DNA from: Solirubrobacterales bacterium
GTDB taxonomy: Bacteria > Actinomycetota > Thermoleophilia > Solirubrobacterales > 70-9
Length of the DNA: 64,000 bases
Direction: 5' to 3'
Assembly (NCBI GenBank): GCA_035693065.1
Contig: DASSHE010000015.1
Span: 18,814 to 82,813 of the forward strand
Both the position numbers and the translations under genes were made by a program. Positions within the stretch are counted from its first letter, which is position 1; each line of letters begins with the position of its first letter. The notes under the pieces are model-generated. The model was not told the DNA's origin, ran no database searches, and saw only the letters and a program-made list of their open reading frames with translations. This document shows positions 25,001 to 33,353 of this stretch, one piece after another.

Positions 25001-25322
25001 TGACAACTACCTCCCGTCTGTCTCGCTTCTTCAACCAAGGGTTGGCCGCGAGCGCAGCGGCGTGTCGCCGTTCGCGCTCGCGGCGGCTCCGCCGCAGCTG
25101 CTCGGTGTGTCGCGCCCAGGCGATTTCGGAGATCCCGTCCACCGCAAGGACGAAGTTGGCGACCTGGTCGAGGCCGATACCGACGCCCTCGACCAAACCG
25201 CCGCGCTTGCCGACGATCGCCAGATGCACACCTTCACCGTGCAGGGCCGGCCGCACCAGCACGGCCCTGCCCTCGGTTGTGGGGATGCGCTCGGCGACCG
25301 GCCCCTGCCGGCCGGCGATCAC
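24993..25322 (-). CDS. hypothetical protein (109 aa) with basic C-terminus
   Basis: Coupled to neighbours by short overlaps on both sides (25319-25322 upstream, 8 nt downstream). Basic tail is RRSRRERERRHAAALAANPWLKKRDRR. Confidence 0.5.
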   Translation of the reverse strand: MIAGRQGPVAERIPTTEGRAVLVRPALHGEGVHLAIVGKRGGLVEGVGIGLDQVANFVLAVDGISEIAWARHTEQLRRSRRERERRHAAALAANPWLKKRDRREVVVNG

Positions 25323-25780
25323 GCGACACGCCTGGGGTCAAACGCCGGGGCCATCAGCGCCTCAAGGCGCTGGCGCTCGCCGCCTGACAAGCAGGCGTCG
25401 TGAAGGCCGACTGGCGCCGGCGCCATTGGGTTCAGCGCCTGGCCGATCGCGTCGATCGCGACGTCGATCGCGCTCTCATGCAGGCGCATCACCTTCTCCG
25501 GCGTGGTCTCGCCGTAGGCGTAGAACCAGATGCAGGCGAGCTCGCCGGTGAAGGCAATCCGCGCGGTGCCGTTGAACGTGCGGATCAGCGCCGGCAGGCG
25601 CCGCTCCAGGGCATCCTGCAGCTGCTCGGCCTGCTTGTGGCCGAGCATGATTCCGTAGGCACCCTTTGAACCGCGCTGCCCTTCGGCGTAATACCAGGCG
25701 TGTAGCACGCCGTCGATCGGCGGGCCGCCCCCGATTACGAGGTCTCCGCCGCCGTGGGTGGCGATCGTCCTTCCGTCCAT
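25319..25780 (-). CDS. hypothetical protein (153 aa)
   Basis: Internal ATG (MDGRTIATHGG...) at 25780 follows AAGGAG. The listed longer ORF upstream is Arg/Ser-rich and overlaps the next gene. Confidence 0.55.
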   Translation of the reverse strand: MDGRTIATHGGGDLVIGGGPPIDGVLHAWYYAEGQRGSKGAYGIMLGHKQAEQLQDALERRLPALIRTFNGTARIAFTGELACIWFYAYGETTPEKVMRLHESAIDVAIDAIGQALNPMAPAPVGLHDACLSGGERQRLEALMAPAFDPRRVA

Positions 25781-25784
25781 GCGA

Positions 25785-26345
25785 TCATGCTCCTTCGGTT
25801 GATCGTTCGCCGGCGCCGTGGTTACCGCCGCGGCGCCGGCCTTTCTTTCGCTTGGGGGGAGCCCAGCTAGACCGCCAACCCGGCGGCGCCGTCTCCTCCC
25901 GCTCGGCGCTCTTGCGGCGCCAAGATTTCGACACTTCCTCCAGCAGGGGGATGAAGTACGCAGCCGATCGCGGTCGCTGGACCCGGCCCCAGCGACACTC
26001 CTCGATGTGGGCATCGACCATCGCGGTCGCGAACTCCAGCCCCGCTCCCTCCCGGCCGCGGCCGAAGTCGGCGTAGTGGTCCATTCGAGCGAAGACCCGC
26101 TCCAACCGCTTGTGGGCGAAAAAGGGCTCCTCGGGCTGCAACCGCTCCTCGACGTGGCGCAGGAAGGCCGCCACGGCCGGTGAGACGCGCCGTGGTCGCG
26201 ATCCCGGACCGGCCCGACCCCCGCCCCTACCCAGCTGCGGTTGGCCCGGCTCGCTGCCGGGGCTGGCACCCTCGGGTGATCCTGGGCGCGGCAACGCCGC
26301 GCTGGCCCCTGGGCAGTTAGTCGGCGGGGCGCAGCCCCGCTGCAT
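25785..26345 (-). CDS. hypothetical early protein (186 aa), first gene of the leftward early module next to attR
   Basis: ATG at 26345 (MQRGCAPP...). Globular core is FLRHVEERL...FAHKRLERVFARMDHYADFGRG...MVDAHIEECRWGRVQRPRSAAYFIPLLEEV with a basic tail. Function unknown. Confidence 0.5.
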   Translation of the reverse strand: MQRGCAPPTNCPGASAALPRPGSPEGASPGSEPGQPQLGRGGGRAGPGSRPRRVSPAVAAFLRHVEERLQPEEPFFAHKRLERVFARMDHYADFGRGREGAGLEFATAMVDAHIEECRWGRVQRPRSAAYFIPLLEEVSKSWRRKSAEREETAPPGWRSSWAPPKRKKGRRRGGNHGAGERSTEGA

Positions 26346-26351
26346 GGTCGC

Positions 26352-26411
26352 CTCGTCGCGCGCGCGCGACGAGCCCTTTAAGGGTTTAGGCCCCCCTAGG
26401 GGGCTAAACCC
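26352..26411. promoter_or_regulatory. perfect 22-nt palindrome CTCGTCGCGCGCGCGCGACGAG plus adjacent hairpin GGTTTAGgCCCCC-CTAG-GGGGGCTAAACC
   Basis: Located at 26352-26373 and ~26383-26410, directly upstream of the 26345 start. An A8 tract follows at 26442-26449. Confidence 0.45.
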
Positions 26412-26556
26412 CCCTTCAGGACTGGGCACTTCGCCCGAACCAAAAAAAATGCGCCGGGCCGTAGAGGCGGCCCTGTGGGGGCGCCGACGATCGTCCTCCT
26501 GAGCCCCCAGGGGGCGCCTGGACGGCAGGCGTCGGTGCGTTCCACGCGTTCCACGG

Positions 26557-26585
26557 CGCGCAGATAACTGGTGGTTATGTCAACT
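26557..26585. repeat. right boundary repeat, degenerate dif-like (attR candidate): GCGCAGATAAC-TGGTGG-TTATGTCAACT
   Basis: Direct repeat of 10187-10214 with one extra C after ATAA and a G-to-C change in the right arm. It lies 4 nt from the stop of host gene 26590..27300. Confidence 0.6.
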
Positions 26586-26589
26586 CAGC

Positions 26590-27300
26590 TCAGGAGGCGC
26601 TGGAAATCGCCGCTTCCAGCGTCTCCCTCGATGGCACCGGGCCGAGGCTTTCCAGCCCCTCCGTCCCCGGGCCTTCGACCGCGAACGACGGCGTGCCGGT
26701 GAAGCCGATCGCTTCGGCCTCGCCGGTCGACTTCGCGACCTCTTCGCGCAGCCGGTTCGAGTTGCGGGCTTTGTTCCAGGCCGCGAGGTCCTTGACTCCC
26801 GCGGCCTTGGCGACGGCTTCGAGGAATTCGTCGGTGACGTAGCCGGAACGCTCCTTGCCCTGGTTTCGGTAGAAGATCTCGAGGAAGTTCCAGCCGCGCC
26901 CCTGTTCGCCCGCCGCCAGCATCGCCGTCCCGGCGTCAACCGATTCGGGGCCGATGATCACGAAGTTGCGGAAGGTCAGCGACGCTTCGCCATTCTTGAC
27001 CTGCTTTTCGATAATCGGCGGCACGACTTCTTCTGAGAACGCCTTGCAGACCGGGCACTGCAGGTCGCCGAACTCGAACAGCTTCACCGGAGCACTGGGA
27101 TCGCCGAGAACCGTCTCCCGCTGCGGAATCCCGGCGAATACCGCATTTGCCGCGGCCACTTCCTCGAGTTCGGTGTCGCCGCTATTGCCGTTGCTCGCGG
27201 CGTTGACGACGATCAGGACGACCACCACCGCGAGCGCCAGGAAAGCCGCTCCCGCTGCCGCCCGCAGCAGCTTCGCGCGGCGCTCAGCGTCCGCCGGCAA
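26590..27300 (-). CDS. DsbA-family thiol:disulfide oxidoreductase (membrane-anchored)
   Basis: N-terminal TM. Thioredoxin-fold active site is FGDLQCPVCKAF. Confidence 0.85.
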   Translation of the reverse strand: MPADAERRAKLLRAAAGAAFLALAVVVVLIVVNAASNGNSGDTELEEVAAANAVFAGIPQRETVLGDPSAPVKLFEFGDLQCPVCKAFSEEVVPPIIEKQVKNGEASLTFRNFVIIGPESVDAGTAMLAAGEQGRGWNFLEIFYRNQGKERSGYVTDEFLEAVAKAAGVKDLAAWNKARNSNRLREEVAKSTGEAEAIGFTGTPSFAVEGPGTEGLESLGPVPSRETLEAAISSAS

Positions 27301-27736
27301 GGGCAGCCTCGTTGGTGCCGGCGTAGCCGATCAAGCGCGTCGCGTTGAGCAGGAGCAGGATCGTCATCAGCACCGCGCTGGCGACGCACCACTGGCAGAT
27401 CGCTTCGATCTTGAAAATCTCCAGGTAGGTGAGGAAGACGCTGTAGCCGAAGCCACCGAGAGCGAGCGCGAAGCCGGCGAAGCGGGCGGCGTCGCTGGCG
27501 AAGAACGCAGTCGCCAGCAGCAGCACGTAGCCGACGATCCCGAAGACGGCGATGTTGACGCCGGCGACGTGCGAGTAGGTGCTGTCGGCGACGGTCTGAC
27601 AGCCGGTGCTGCCGGCGATGCAGGCCGGCGCCCCGCCGCCGGAGTCAGCGATCGTGATGTAGGTGGCGACGCCGACGCCGAGGGCGGCGACGAAGGCGAT
27701 CGCCCGCCTCAGGTTGTCCTCGCTGGGAAAGCTCAT
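27284..27736 (-). CDS. vitamin K epoxide reductase (VKOR) family protein
   Basis: Internal ATG (MSFPSEDNL..) of listed ORF 27284..28870. Four TM helices, loop cysteines APACIAGSTGC and the CQWC active-site motif. Overlaps the dsbA-like gene by 17 nt. Confidence 0.8.
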   Translation of the reverse strand: MSFPSEDNLRRAIAFVAALGVGVATYITIADSGGGAPACIAGSTGCQTVADSTYSHVAGVNIAVFGIVGYVLLLATAFFASDAARFAGFALALGGFGYSVFLTYLEIFKIEAICQWCVASAVLMTILLLLNATRLIGYAGTNEAALAGGR

Positions 27737-28584
27737 CGCGCCGAGGGCTCGACCTCGAGCTCGGCGGCAAAGGCGGCGATCTCCCGCGAGAGCTTGCCCC
27801 CCTGCCACGCCAGCGGCGATTCGTCCTCCGCCTCGACCACCATCCGCGCCCGCGGCAGCGCCTCGGCGTAGGCGGCGGCGGCCTCGAACGGGTGGCCGGG
27901 GTCGGCGTCGTCGTTGCTGGCGACGACCAGGGTCGGGACCTCGAGTGCCTCCAGCTCCGCCATCGACTCGAACGGCCGCGAGCGCGGAACCTCGCGCAGC
28001 GCCTGCGCCAGCGCCTGCGGGTGGCGCTGCAGCAGCATCCGCTCGCGGGTGAACCGCAGCACCGAGTCGCGCCATCGGTGATCGATCCCCTGGTTGGCGC
28101 CGATGTAGGCGACGAAGCCGTCGACGCCGCCTTCCTCCAGCGCCGTCGCCAGCCCGTCCCAGTAGGCCAGGGTCGAGTCCTTGATCTCCCCGGTGTAGAC
28201 CGGCCCGACGACGACCAGCCCGGCCAGCCGCTCGGGGTTGCGCAGCGCGTAGCCGACCGCGGTGTGCGAGCCCATCGAGTGGCCGCCGAGGATGAAGCGC
28301 CCCTCGCCGACCTGATCCTCGACCACCCGTTCCAGGTCGTCGACCAGCCGCAGGTATCCATAACCCTCCTCCGCCGGGGCGGGGTCGGACTCGCCGTGAC
28401 CGCGGGCGTCGTAGGTGACGAGGGCGTGGCCGGCGCGCAGCAGCGACTTCGAGCCGTGGACGACATAGCGGCGGGTCGCCGTGATCCCGTGGCAAAGGAC
28501 GATCGGGGCTCCCTCCCCCCCGCGCTCGCCATGCAGCCGCGGCTCGGGGCCGACCACGAAGGCGCCCTGCGCGTCCGCTTGCAT
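27733..28584 (-). CDS. alpha/beta-fold hydrolase
   Basis: HG oxyanion motif is VLCHGI. Nucleophile elbow is GGHSMGS. Confidence 0.8.
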   Translation of the reverse strand: MQADAQGAFVVGPEPRLHGERGGEGAPIVLCHGITATRRYVVHGSKSLLRAGHALVTYDARGHGESDPAPAEEGYGYLRLVDDLERVVEDQVGEGRFILGGHSMGSHTAVGYALRNPERLAGLVVVGPVYTGEIKDSTLAYWDGLATALEEGGVDGFVAYIGANQGIDHRWRDSVLRFTRERMLLQRHPQALAQALREVPRSRPFESMAELEALEVPTLVVASNDDADPGHPFEAAAAYAEALPRARMVVEAEDESPLAWQGGKLSREIAAFAAELEVEPSAR

Positions 28585-29036
28585 CAGGCAACCGCCTCCA
28601 GCGCGGCCTCGAGGTCGGCGACGCTGTCGTAGCCGAGGCTGGTGAGGCTGACCTTGGCGTGGCGGACGATGCCCTCCTCGTCGACGATGAAGGTCGAGCG
28701 GCGCACCACCGGCCCGACGAGGACGCCGTAGGCGCGGGCGACCGCCTTGTCCTCGTCGGCCAGCAGCGGCACGTTGAGGCTCTTCTCCTTGACGAAGCGC
28801 TCGTGCGAGTCGACCGACTGCGCGGAGATCCCCAGCACCTCGGCGTCGAGCCCGTCGAGGCGCTCGCCATCGTCGCGGTAGGAGCAGAACTGCCGGGTGC
28901 AGACGGTGGTGAAGTCGCCGGGGTAGAAGACGAGGATCAGCTTGCGGCCGCGGTAGTCGCTGAGCCGATAGTCCTTCCCGCCGGTTCCCGGGAGCTCGAA
29001 ATCGGGCGCCGGGTCACCCACCTTCAGCTTGGCCAC
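28584..29036 (-). CDS. bcp: thioredoxin-dependent thiol peroxidase (Bcp-type peroxiredoxin)
   Basis: [17 protein letters not shown] carries the peroxidatic Cys and a resolving Cys five residues later. 150 aa. Confidence 0.85.
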   Translation of the reverse strand: MAKLKVGDPAPDFELPGTGGKDYRLSDYRGRKLILVFYPGDFTTVCTRQFCSYRDDGERLDGLDAEVLGISAQSVDSHERFVKEKSLNVPLLADEDKAVARAYGVLVGPVVRRSTFIVDEEGIVRHAKVSLTSLGYDSVADLEAALEAVA

Positions 29037-29070
29037 CGTTTGAGCTTAGCCGGGCCGAGGATCCGGACCG

Positions 29071-29820
29071 TTACCCCTTTTCGATCGTGACCGATTCGAT
29101 CAGGACCGTCTGCTTCGGTTTTTCTTCCGGGTTGCCGAGCTTTTCGATCCGCGCCACGGTCGCGTAGCCGTTGCTGACCTTGCCGACCAGGGCGTATTCG
29201 GGCGGCAGGCCGGCGTCGGCGGCGGTGACGACGAAGAACTGGCTGCCGGAGCGCCCCGGGGGCTCGGCGGAGCTCTTGGCCATCGCCACCGTGCCTTTCG
29301 TGTAGGCGAGGTTGGCGGGTGGCTTCTCGTCGACGCTGTAGCCGGGGCCGCCGGTTCCCGTCCCTTCGGGGTCGCCGCCCTGGATCACGAACCCCGGGGC
29401 GATGCGGTGGAAGGTGAGGTCGTCGTAGAACCCTTCTTCGGCGAGGAAGGCGAATGAGTTGGCGGTCTTCGGCGCCTGCTTGGTGTCGAGCTCGATCTCG
29501 AAGCTTCCGCAGCTAGTCGCGACCACGGCGGTCGCCTGCTCGCCCGGCTTCAGGACCTGCTTCGGCGCCTTGAAGCTGACGCTCTTCGGCGCCGGCGTTT
29601 CGACCTTCTTGCAGCCGTCCGCACTGGCCGTCGTCGTGCTCGAGCTGGAATCGCCGGAGCCTCCGCGTGAGATCAGGATCGCGGCGACGACGCCGACCGC
29701 GACCACGGCGAAGACGCCGAGGATGATCCACCTGCGGTCCGGCTGGCCTTCCACGGGCCGGAACCCTAACCCAGCCTGCTGACGTTGTGCGCCTGGGTAC
29801 CTACGATTCCCCGATGGCAT
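29071..29820 (-). CDS. cyclophilin-type peptidyl-prolyl cis-trans isomerase with N-terminal membrane anchor
   Basis: FHRIAPGFVIQGGDP and SQFFVV motifs. TM is WIILGVFAVVAVGVVAAILI. The start may be a downstream GTG because the 5' end overlaps the divergent gene. Confidence 0.85.
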   Translation of the reverse strand: MPSGNRRYPGAQRQQAGLGFRPVEGQPDRRWIILGVFAVVAVGVVAAILISRGGSGDSSSSTTTASADGCKKVETPAPKSVSFKAPKQVLKPGEQATAVVATSCGSFEIELDTKQAPKTANSFAFLAEEGFYDDLTFHRIAPGFVIQGGDPEGTGTGGPGYSVDEKPPANLAYTKGTVAMAKSSAEPPGRSGSQFFVVTAADAGLPPEYALVGKVSNGYATVARIEKLGNPEEKPKQTVLIESVTIEKG

Positions 29821-30320
29821 CCCCCCGGCTCACCCCGCTTGCGGCGGCGGTCCTCCACGTCGGCTCGCCGGAGCGGATTCTCCAGATCGAGTGCGGCGAC
29901 GGCGAGGGGGCGCTCTTCCTCGCCCGCGAGTTCCCCAGCGCCCGGGTGCGCGGGGTCGACCGCTCCGAAGAGCGGATCCGGGCGGCGGCGGCCCGGGTCG
30001 GCCTCGACCCCGAGGGCAGGCTCGCCTTCAAGGTCGGCGCCCCGGGCCGGCTGCCCTTCCCGGACGACCACTTCGACCTCCTGGCCGCGCTCGACGCCGC
30101 CCCGGCGGCGGCCGAGTGCGCTCGGGTGCTGCGCCCGGGAGGGTTCCTCGCCGTCGCCCGCTCCGCGGCGAGCGAGCCGTTCTCCGGCGCTTCCGGCTGG
30201 CTGCTCCGCCGCCGCCTGCGCCACCGCCGCTTCGAGCCGATCTGGACCGAAGCGGCCGGCGAGGGCAGCTTCGCGATCGAGCGCCTGCGCGGGGCGGAAG
30301 CGATCCCCCCATCGCACTAG
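29787..30320 (+). CDS. class I SAM-dependent methyltransferase
   Basis: ILQIECGDGEGALFLA (motif I) and LRPGGFLAV. The start is uncertain (alternative ATG at 29814). Confidence 0.65.
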   Translation: MRLGTYDSPMASPRLTPLAAAVLHVGSPERILQIECGDGEGALFLAREFPSARVRGVDRSEERIRAAAARVGLDPEGRLAFKVGAPGRLPFPDDHFDLLAALDAAPAAAECARVLRPGGFLAVARSAASEPFSGASGWLLRRRLRHRRFEPIWTEAAGEGSFAIERLRGAEAIPPSH

Positions 30321-30331
30321 GCTGGGCCTCG

Positions 30332-31231
30332 ATGGACATCGCCGGAATGCCCTTGACGCTGCTCGTCAACCCCGTCGCCGCCTCGGGCAAGGGACTGAAG
30401 CTGCTGCCGCGGATCGAGGCCGCGCTCGACGCCAACCGCGCCGAGTTCCGGGTGCAGAAGACGAAGAGCCTCGAGCACGGCGCCGAACAGGCGCTGCTGG
30501 CAGCCGAGGCCGGCGAGGTACCGGTGGTCGTCAGCGGCGACGGGCTCCTCGGCGCCGTCGGCGGGGCGATGGCCGGATCGGACGTGCCCCTGGGCTTGGT
30601 CCCCGCCGGGCGCGGCAACGACCTCGCCCGCGCCCTCGGCATCCCCGAGGACCCGGAGGCGGCGGTCGCGGTCCTCCTCGCCGGCAAGAGCCGGCGCATC
30701 GACGTCGGCGAGGCCAACGGCAAGCGCTTCCTCGGCATCGTCAGCGTCGGCTTCGACTCCGAATGCAACCGCCTCGCCAACGAGATCCACTGGCTCCACG
30801 GCAACGCGGTCTACGCCTACTCGATGCCGCGCACGCTGCTCGGCTGGCGACCGGCCCGGTTCACGATCACGGCCGGCGGGGAGCGCAAACGGATCAGCGG
30901 CTACTTCGTCGCGGTCGCCAACAACAGCGTCTACGGAGGCGGCATGTACATCGCCCCCGAGGCCAGCCTCGAAGATGGCGAATTCGACGTCGTCTCAATC
31001 GGCGAGGTTGGCAAGCTGCGCTTCCTCTGGGGGTTGCGCGAAGTCCTCAAGGGGACCCACCTGGAGCGCGAGGAGGTCAGCGTCTTCCGGGCGCCGCGGC
31101 TCAAGCTCGACGCGAGCCGCTCCTTCCCCGTCTACGCCGACGGCGACCACCTCACCGACCTGCCGGTCTCGCTGCGGGTGCTGCCGAGCAGCCTCTCGAT
31201 CATCGCCCCCGCCGGGGACGCGGCGGCGTGA
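30332..31231 (+). CDS. diacylglycerol/lipid kinase family protein (YegS/BmrU-like)
   Basis: Internal ATG of listed ORF 29891..31231. Motifs: LLVNPVAASGKG, VVVSGDGLLGAV, VPAGRGNDLARALG. Confidence 0.8.
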   Translation: MDIAGMPLTLLVNPVAASGKGLKLLPRIEAALDANRAEFRVQKTKSLEHGAEQALLAAEAGEVPVVVSGDGLLGAVGGAMAGSDVPLGLVPAGRGNDLARALGIPEDPEAAVAVLLAGKSRRIDVGEANGKRFLGIVSVGFDSECNRLANEIHWLHGNAVYAYSMPRTLLGWRPARFTITAGGERKRISGYFVAVANNSVYGGGMYIAPEASLEDGEFDVVSIGEVGKLRFLWGLREVLKGTHLEREEVSVFRAPRLKLDASRSFPVYADGDHLTDLPVSLRVLPSSLSIIAPAGDAAA

Positions 31232-32628
31232 GCGGCGACGGCCGCCCCGGGGCCCTCTTCGGCGCCAAGGTCGCGGTCTCGCGGGCGCTCGGGGCCGCCA
31301 GCCGGGCGAGCGGGCGCGGCGGCGGCACGACGCTGCCGGGGCGGGTGTTGCTGCGCCTCGAGCCGGAGGCGATCGCCCGCCTCGGCCGCGGGCTCGAGCG
31401 TGGCACGACCATCGTCAGCGCCACCAACGGGAAGACGACCACGGCCTCGATGATCGCGGCGATCCTCGCCGCCGACGGCCGCCATCCGGTCCACAACCGG
31501 GCCGGCTCCAACATGACCTGGGGAGTGGCCACCGCCCTGCTCGAGCAGCGCGGGCAGGAGGGCCTCTTCGAGGTCGACGAGGCCTGGCTGCCGCGGGTCA
31601 GCGAACAGCTCGACCCCTCGCTGATCGTCCTCGGCAACCTCTTCCGCGACCAGCTCGACCGCTACGGCGAGATGGAGGCGCTGGCCGACGAGTGGGCACG
31701 GACCGCGGCGGCGCGGGCCGGGCGCACCGAGCTCGTCCTCAACGCCGACGATCCGCTGATCGCCGACCTCGGCCGCGACGGCGCCGGCGAGCCCCGCCCC
31801 GGCGTCCTCTACTTCGGGATCGAGGACGCCGCGCAGGCGCTGCCGGAGCTGCAGCACGCCTTCGACGCCAAGCACTGCCGCCGCTGCGGCCATCCCTACG
31901 CCTACGAGCGCGCCTTCGTCGGCCACCTCGGCCACTACTCCTGCCCCAACTGCGGGGCGCGGCGGCCGCGGCCCGAGGTCGCCGCGACGGCGATCGAGTT
32001 GCGGGGGATGGACGGCTCCCGCTCAACGGTCCGCACGCCGCAGGGCGAGATCGCCCTGGAGCTGCCGCTACCCGGCCTCTACAACGTCTACAACGCCCTC
32101 GGCGCGATCGCCGCCGGCCTCCAGCTCGGGGTCGCGCCGGCGCGGATCGCCGCCGCGCTGGCGGAGACGCGGGCGGCCTTCGGCCGGGTCGAGGGCTTCG
32201 AGATCGACGGGGTGCCGGTCTGGCTGCTGCTGATCAAGAACCCGACCGGGGCCAACGAGGTCCTGCGCACGGTCCGCGACTCGGTCGAGGGCCCCGGCGG
32301 CGCCGACTTCTGGATCGGCCTCAACGACCGCATCGCCGACGGCCGCGACGTCTCCTGGATCTGGGACGCCGACTTCGAGCTCCTGGCGGGAGCGGTGCGG
32401 CGGGTGGTCTGCGGCGGCACCAGGGCGCCGGAGATGGCGCTGCGGCTGAAGTACGCCGGCTGGCCCGAGGAGGCGATCGAGGTCGTGCCCGGGATCGAGC
32501 CCTCCTTCGACGCGGCCCGTGCGGGTGCCGGCGGCCGCACGCTCTTCGCCCTGCCGACCTACACGGCGCTGATGGAGCTGCGCAAGCTGCTCGCCGACCG
32601 CGGCCTCGCGAAGGAGTTCTGGCGATGA
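31228..32628 (+). CDS. murT: lipid II isoglutaminyl synthase, Mur-ligase-like subunit MurT
   Basis: GTG at 31228 (GTGA overlap). SATNGKTTT P-loop, Cys4 ribbon CRRCG...YSCPNCG and a DUF1727-like C-terminus. gatD lies downstream. Confidence 0.8.
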   Translation: MSGDGRPGALFGAKVAVSRALGAASRASGRGGGTTLPGRVLLRLEPEAIARLGRGLERGTTIVSATNGKTTTASMIAAILAADGRHPVHNRAGSNMTWGVATALLEQRGQEGLFEVDEAWLPRVSEQLDPSLIVLGNLFRDQLDRYGEMEALADEWARTAAARAGRTELVLNADDPLIADLGRDGAGEPRPGVLYFGIEDAAQALPELQHAFDAKHCRRCGHPYAYERAFVGHLGHYSCPNCGARRPRPEVAATAIELRGMDGSRSTVRTPQGEIALELPLPGLYNVYNALGAIAAGLQLGVAPARIAAALAETRAAFGRVEGFEIDGVPVWLLLIKNPTGANEVLRTVRDSVEGPGGADFWIGLNDRIADGRDVSWIWDADFELLAGAVRRVVCGGTRAPEMALRLKYAGWPEEAIEVVPGIEPSFDAARAGAGGRTLFALPTYTALMELRKLLADRGLAKEFWR

Positions 32629-33353
32629 GCGCGGCGCCAGCGACGGTGGCGATCTGGCACGACGTCGAGTGCGGCTCCTACGCCGCCGACCTGCCGCTCT
32701 GGGAGGAGCTGGCCGACCGTCGCGGGGGCCCGGTGCTGGAGCTCGGCTGCGGGACCGGCCGGGTCGTCCTGCACCTCGCCCGGCGCGGGCACGAGCTGGT
32801 CGGGCTGGACGCCGAGGCGGAGCTGCTGGCCGCCCTGCGGGAGCGCGCCGAGGGCCTCCCCGTCACCACCCACCTGGCCGACGCGCGCGAGTTCGAGCTG
32901 CCCGGGCAAGTCGACCTGGTTCTTGCCCCCACCCACCTCCTCCAGCTCCTGGAAGGCCCCGAAGAGCGGATCGCCTGCCTGCGCAGCGTCGCCGCCGCCC
33001 TGCGCCCCGGCGGCCTGCTGGCGGCGGCGATCATCGAGGAGATGCCCGAGCCCGACGGCGCTCCCCCTCCCCTCCCCGACGTCCGCGAGCTCGAGGGCTG
33101 GGTCTACTCCAGCCTCGCGGTCGAGGCCGCGATCGGGCCGGGCGAGATCGTCGTCCGCCGGCTCCGCCACACGGTCTCCCCCGACGGCGAGCTGAGCGAG
33201 GAACCGAACGAGATCCGGATCGCGACCTTCAGCGCCGCCACGCTCGAGGCCGAGGCCGCCATGGTCGGGCTGGCGCCGGTCGAACGGCGCGAGATCCCCG
33301 CCACCGACCTCCACGTCGGCTCCCTCGTCGTCGTCCTCGGGAAAGGGGTCTAG
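32625..33353 (+). CDS. class I SAM-dependent methyltransferase inserted between murT and gatD
   Basis: ATG at 32625 overlaps the murT stop (ATGA). VLELGCGTGRVVLHLA, LRPGGLLAAA. Confidence 0.75.
   Translation: MSAAPATVAIWHDVECGSYAADLPLWEELADRRGGPVLELGCGTGRVVLHLARRGHELVGLDAEAELLAALRERAEGLPVTTHLADAREFELPGQVDLVLAPTHLLQLLEGPEERIACLRSVAAALRPGGLLAAAIIEEMPEPDGAPPPLPDVRELEGWVYSSLAVEAAIGPGEIVVRRLRHTVSPDGELSEEPNEIRIATFSAATLEAEAAMVGLAPVERREIPATDLHVGSLVVVLGKGV

Larger units (their letters stand above)
10187..26585. mobile_element. integrated tectivirus-like (PRD1-lineage) tailless internal-membrane provirus, ~16.4 kb, bounded by dif-like direct repeats
   Basis: Inserted between convergent host genes (9476..10153 + and 26590..27300 -). 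Contains a capsid-protein candidate, FtsK/HerA-type ATPase, many small TM proteins, peptidoglycan (PG) hydrolase-like proteins, a lysis cassette and an RHH regulator. No tail, terminase, portal, integrase or polB genes were found. Flanked by repeats at 10187-10214 and 26557-26585. Confidence 0.7.

Noticed and set aside
10187-26585. Tailed (Caudoviricetes) prophage or ICE/plasmid interpretation of the insertion.
   Set aside because: I found no large terminase, portal, HK97-type capsid/protease, tape-measure, tail or baseplate-sized ORFs. There is no relaxase, T4SS or coupling-protein set. The largest protein is only 427 aa and the ATPase is 226 aa.
10187-26585. Classical tectivirus genome organisation (inverted terminal repeats plus protein-primed family B DNA polymerase and terminal protein).
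   Set aside because: No ORF is long enough or carries Exo/Pol motifs. The ends are direct repeats, not inverted ones. I therefore describe the element only as tectivirus-like in its structural module.
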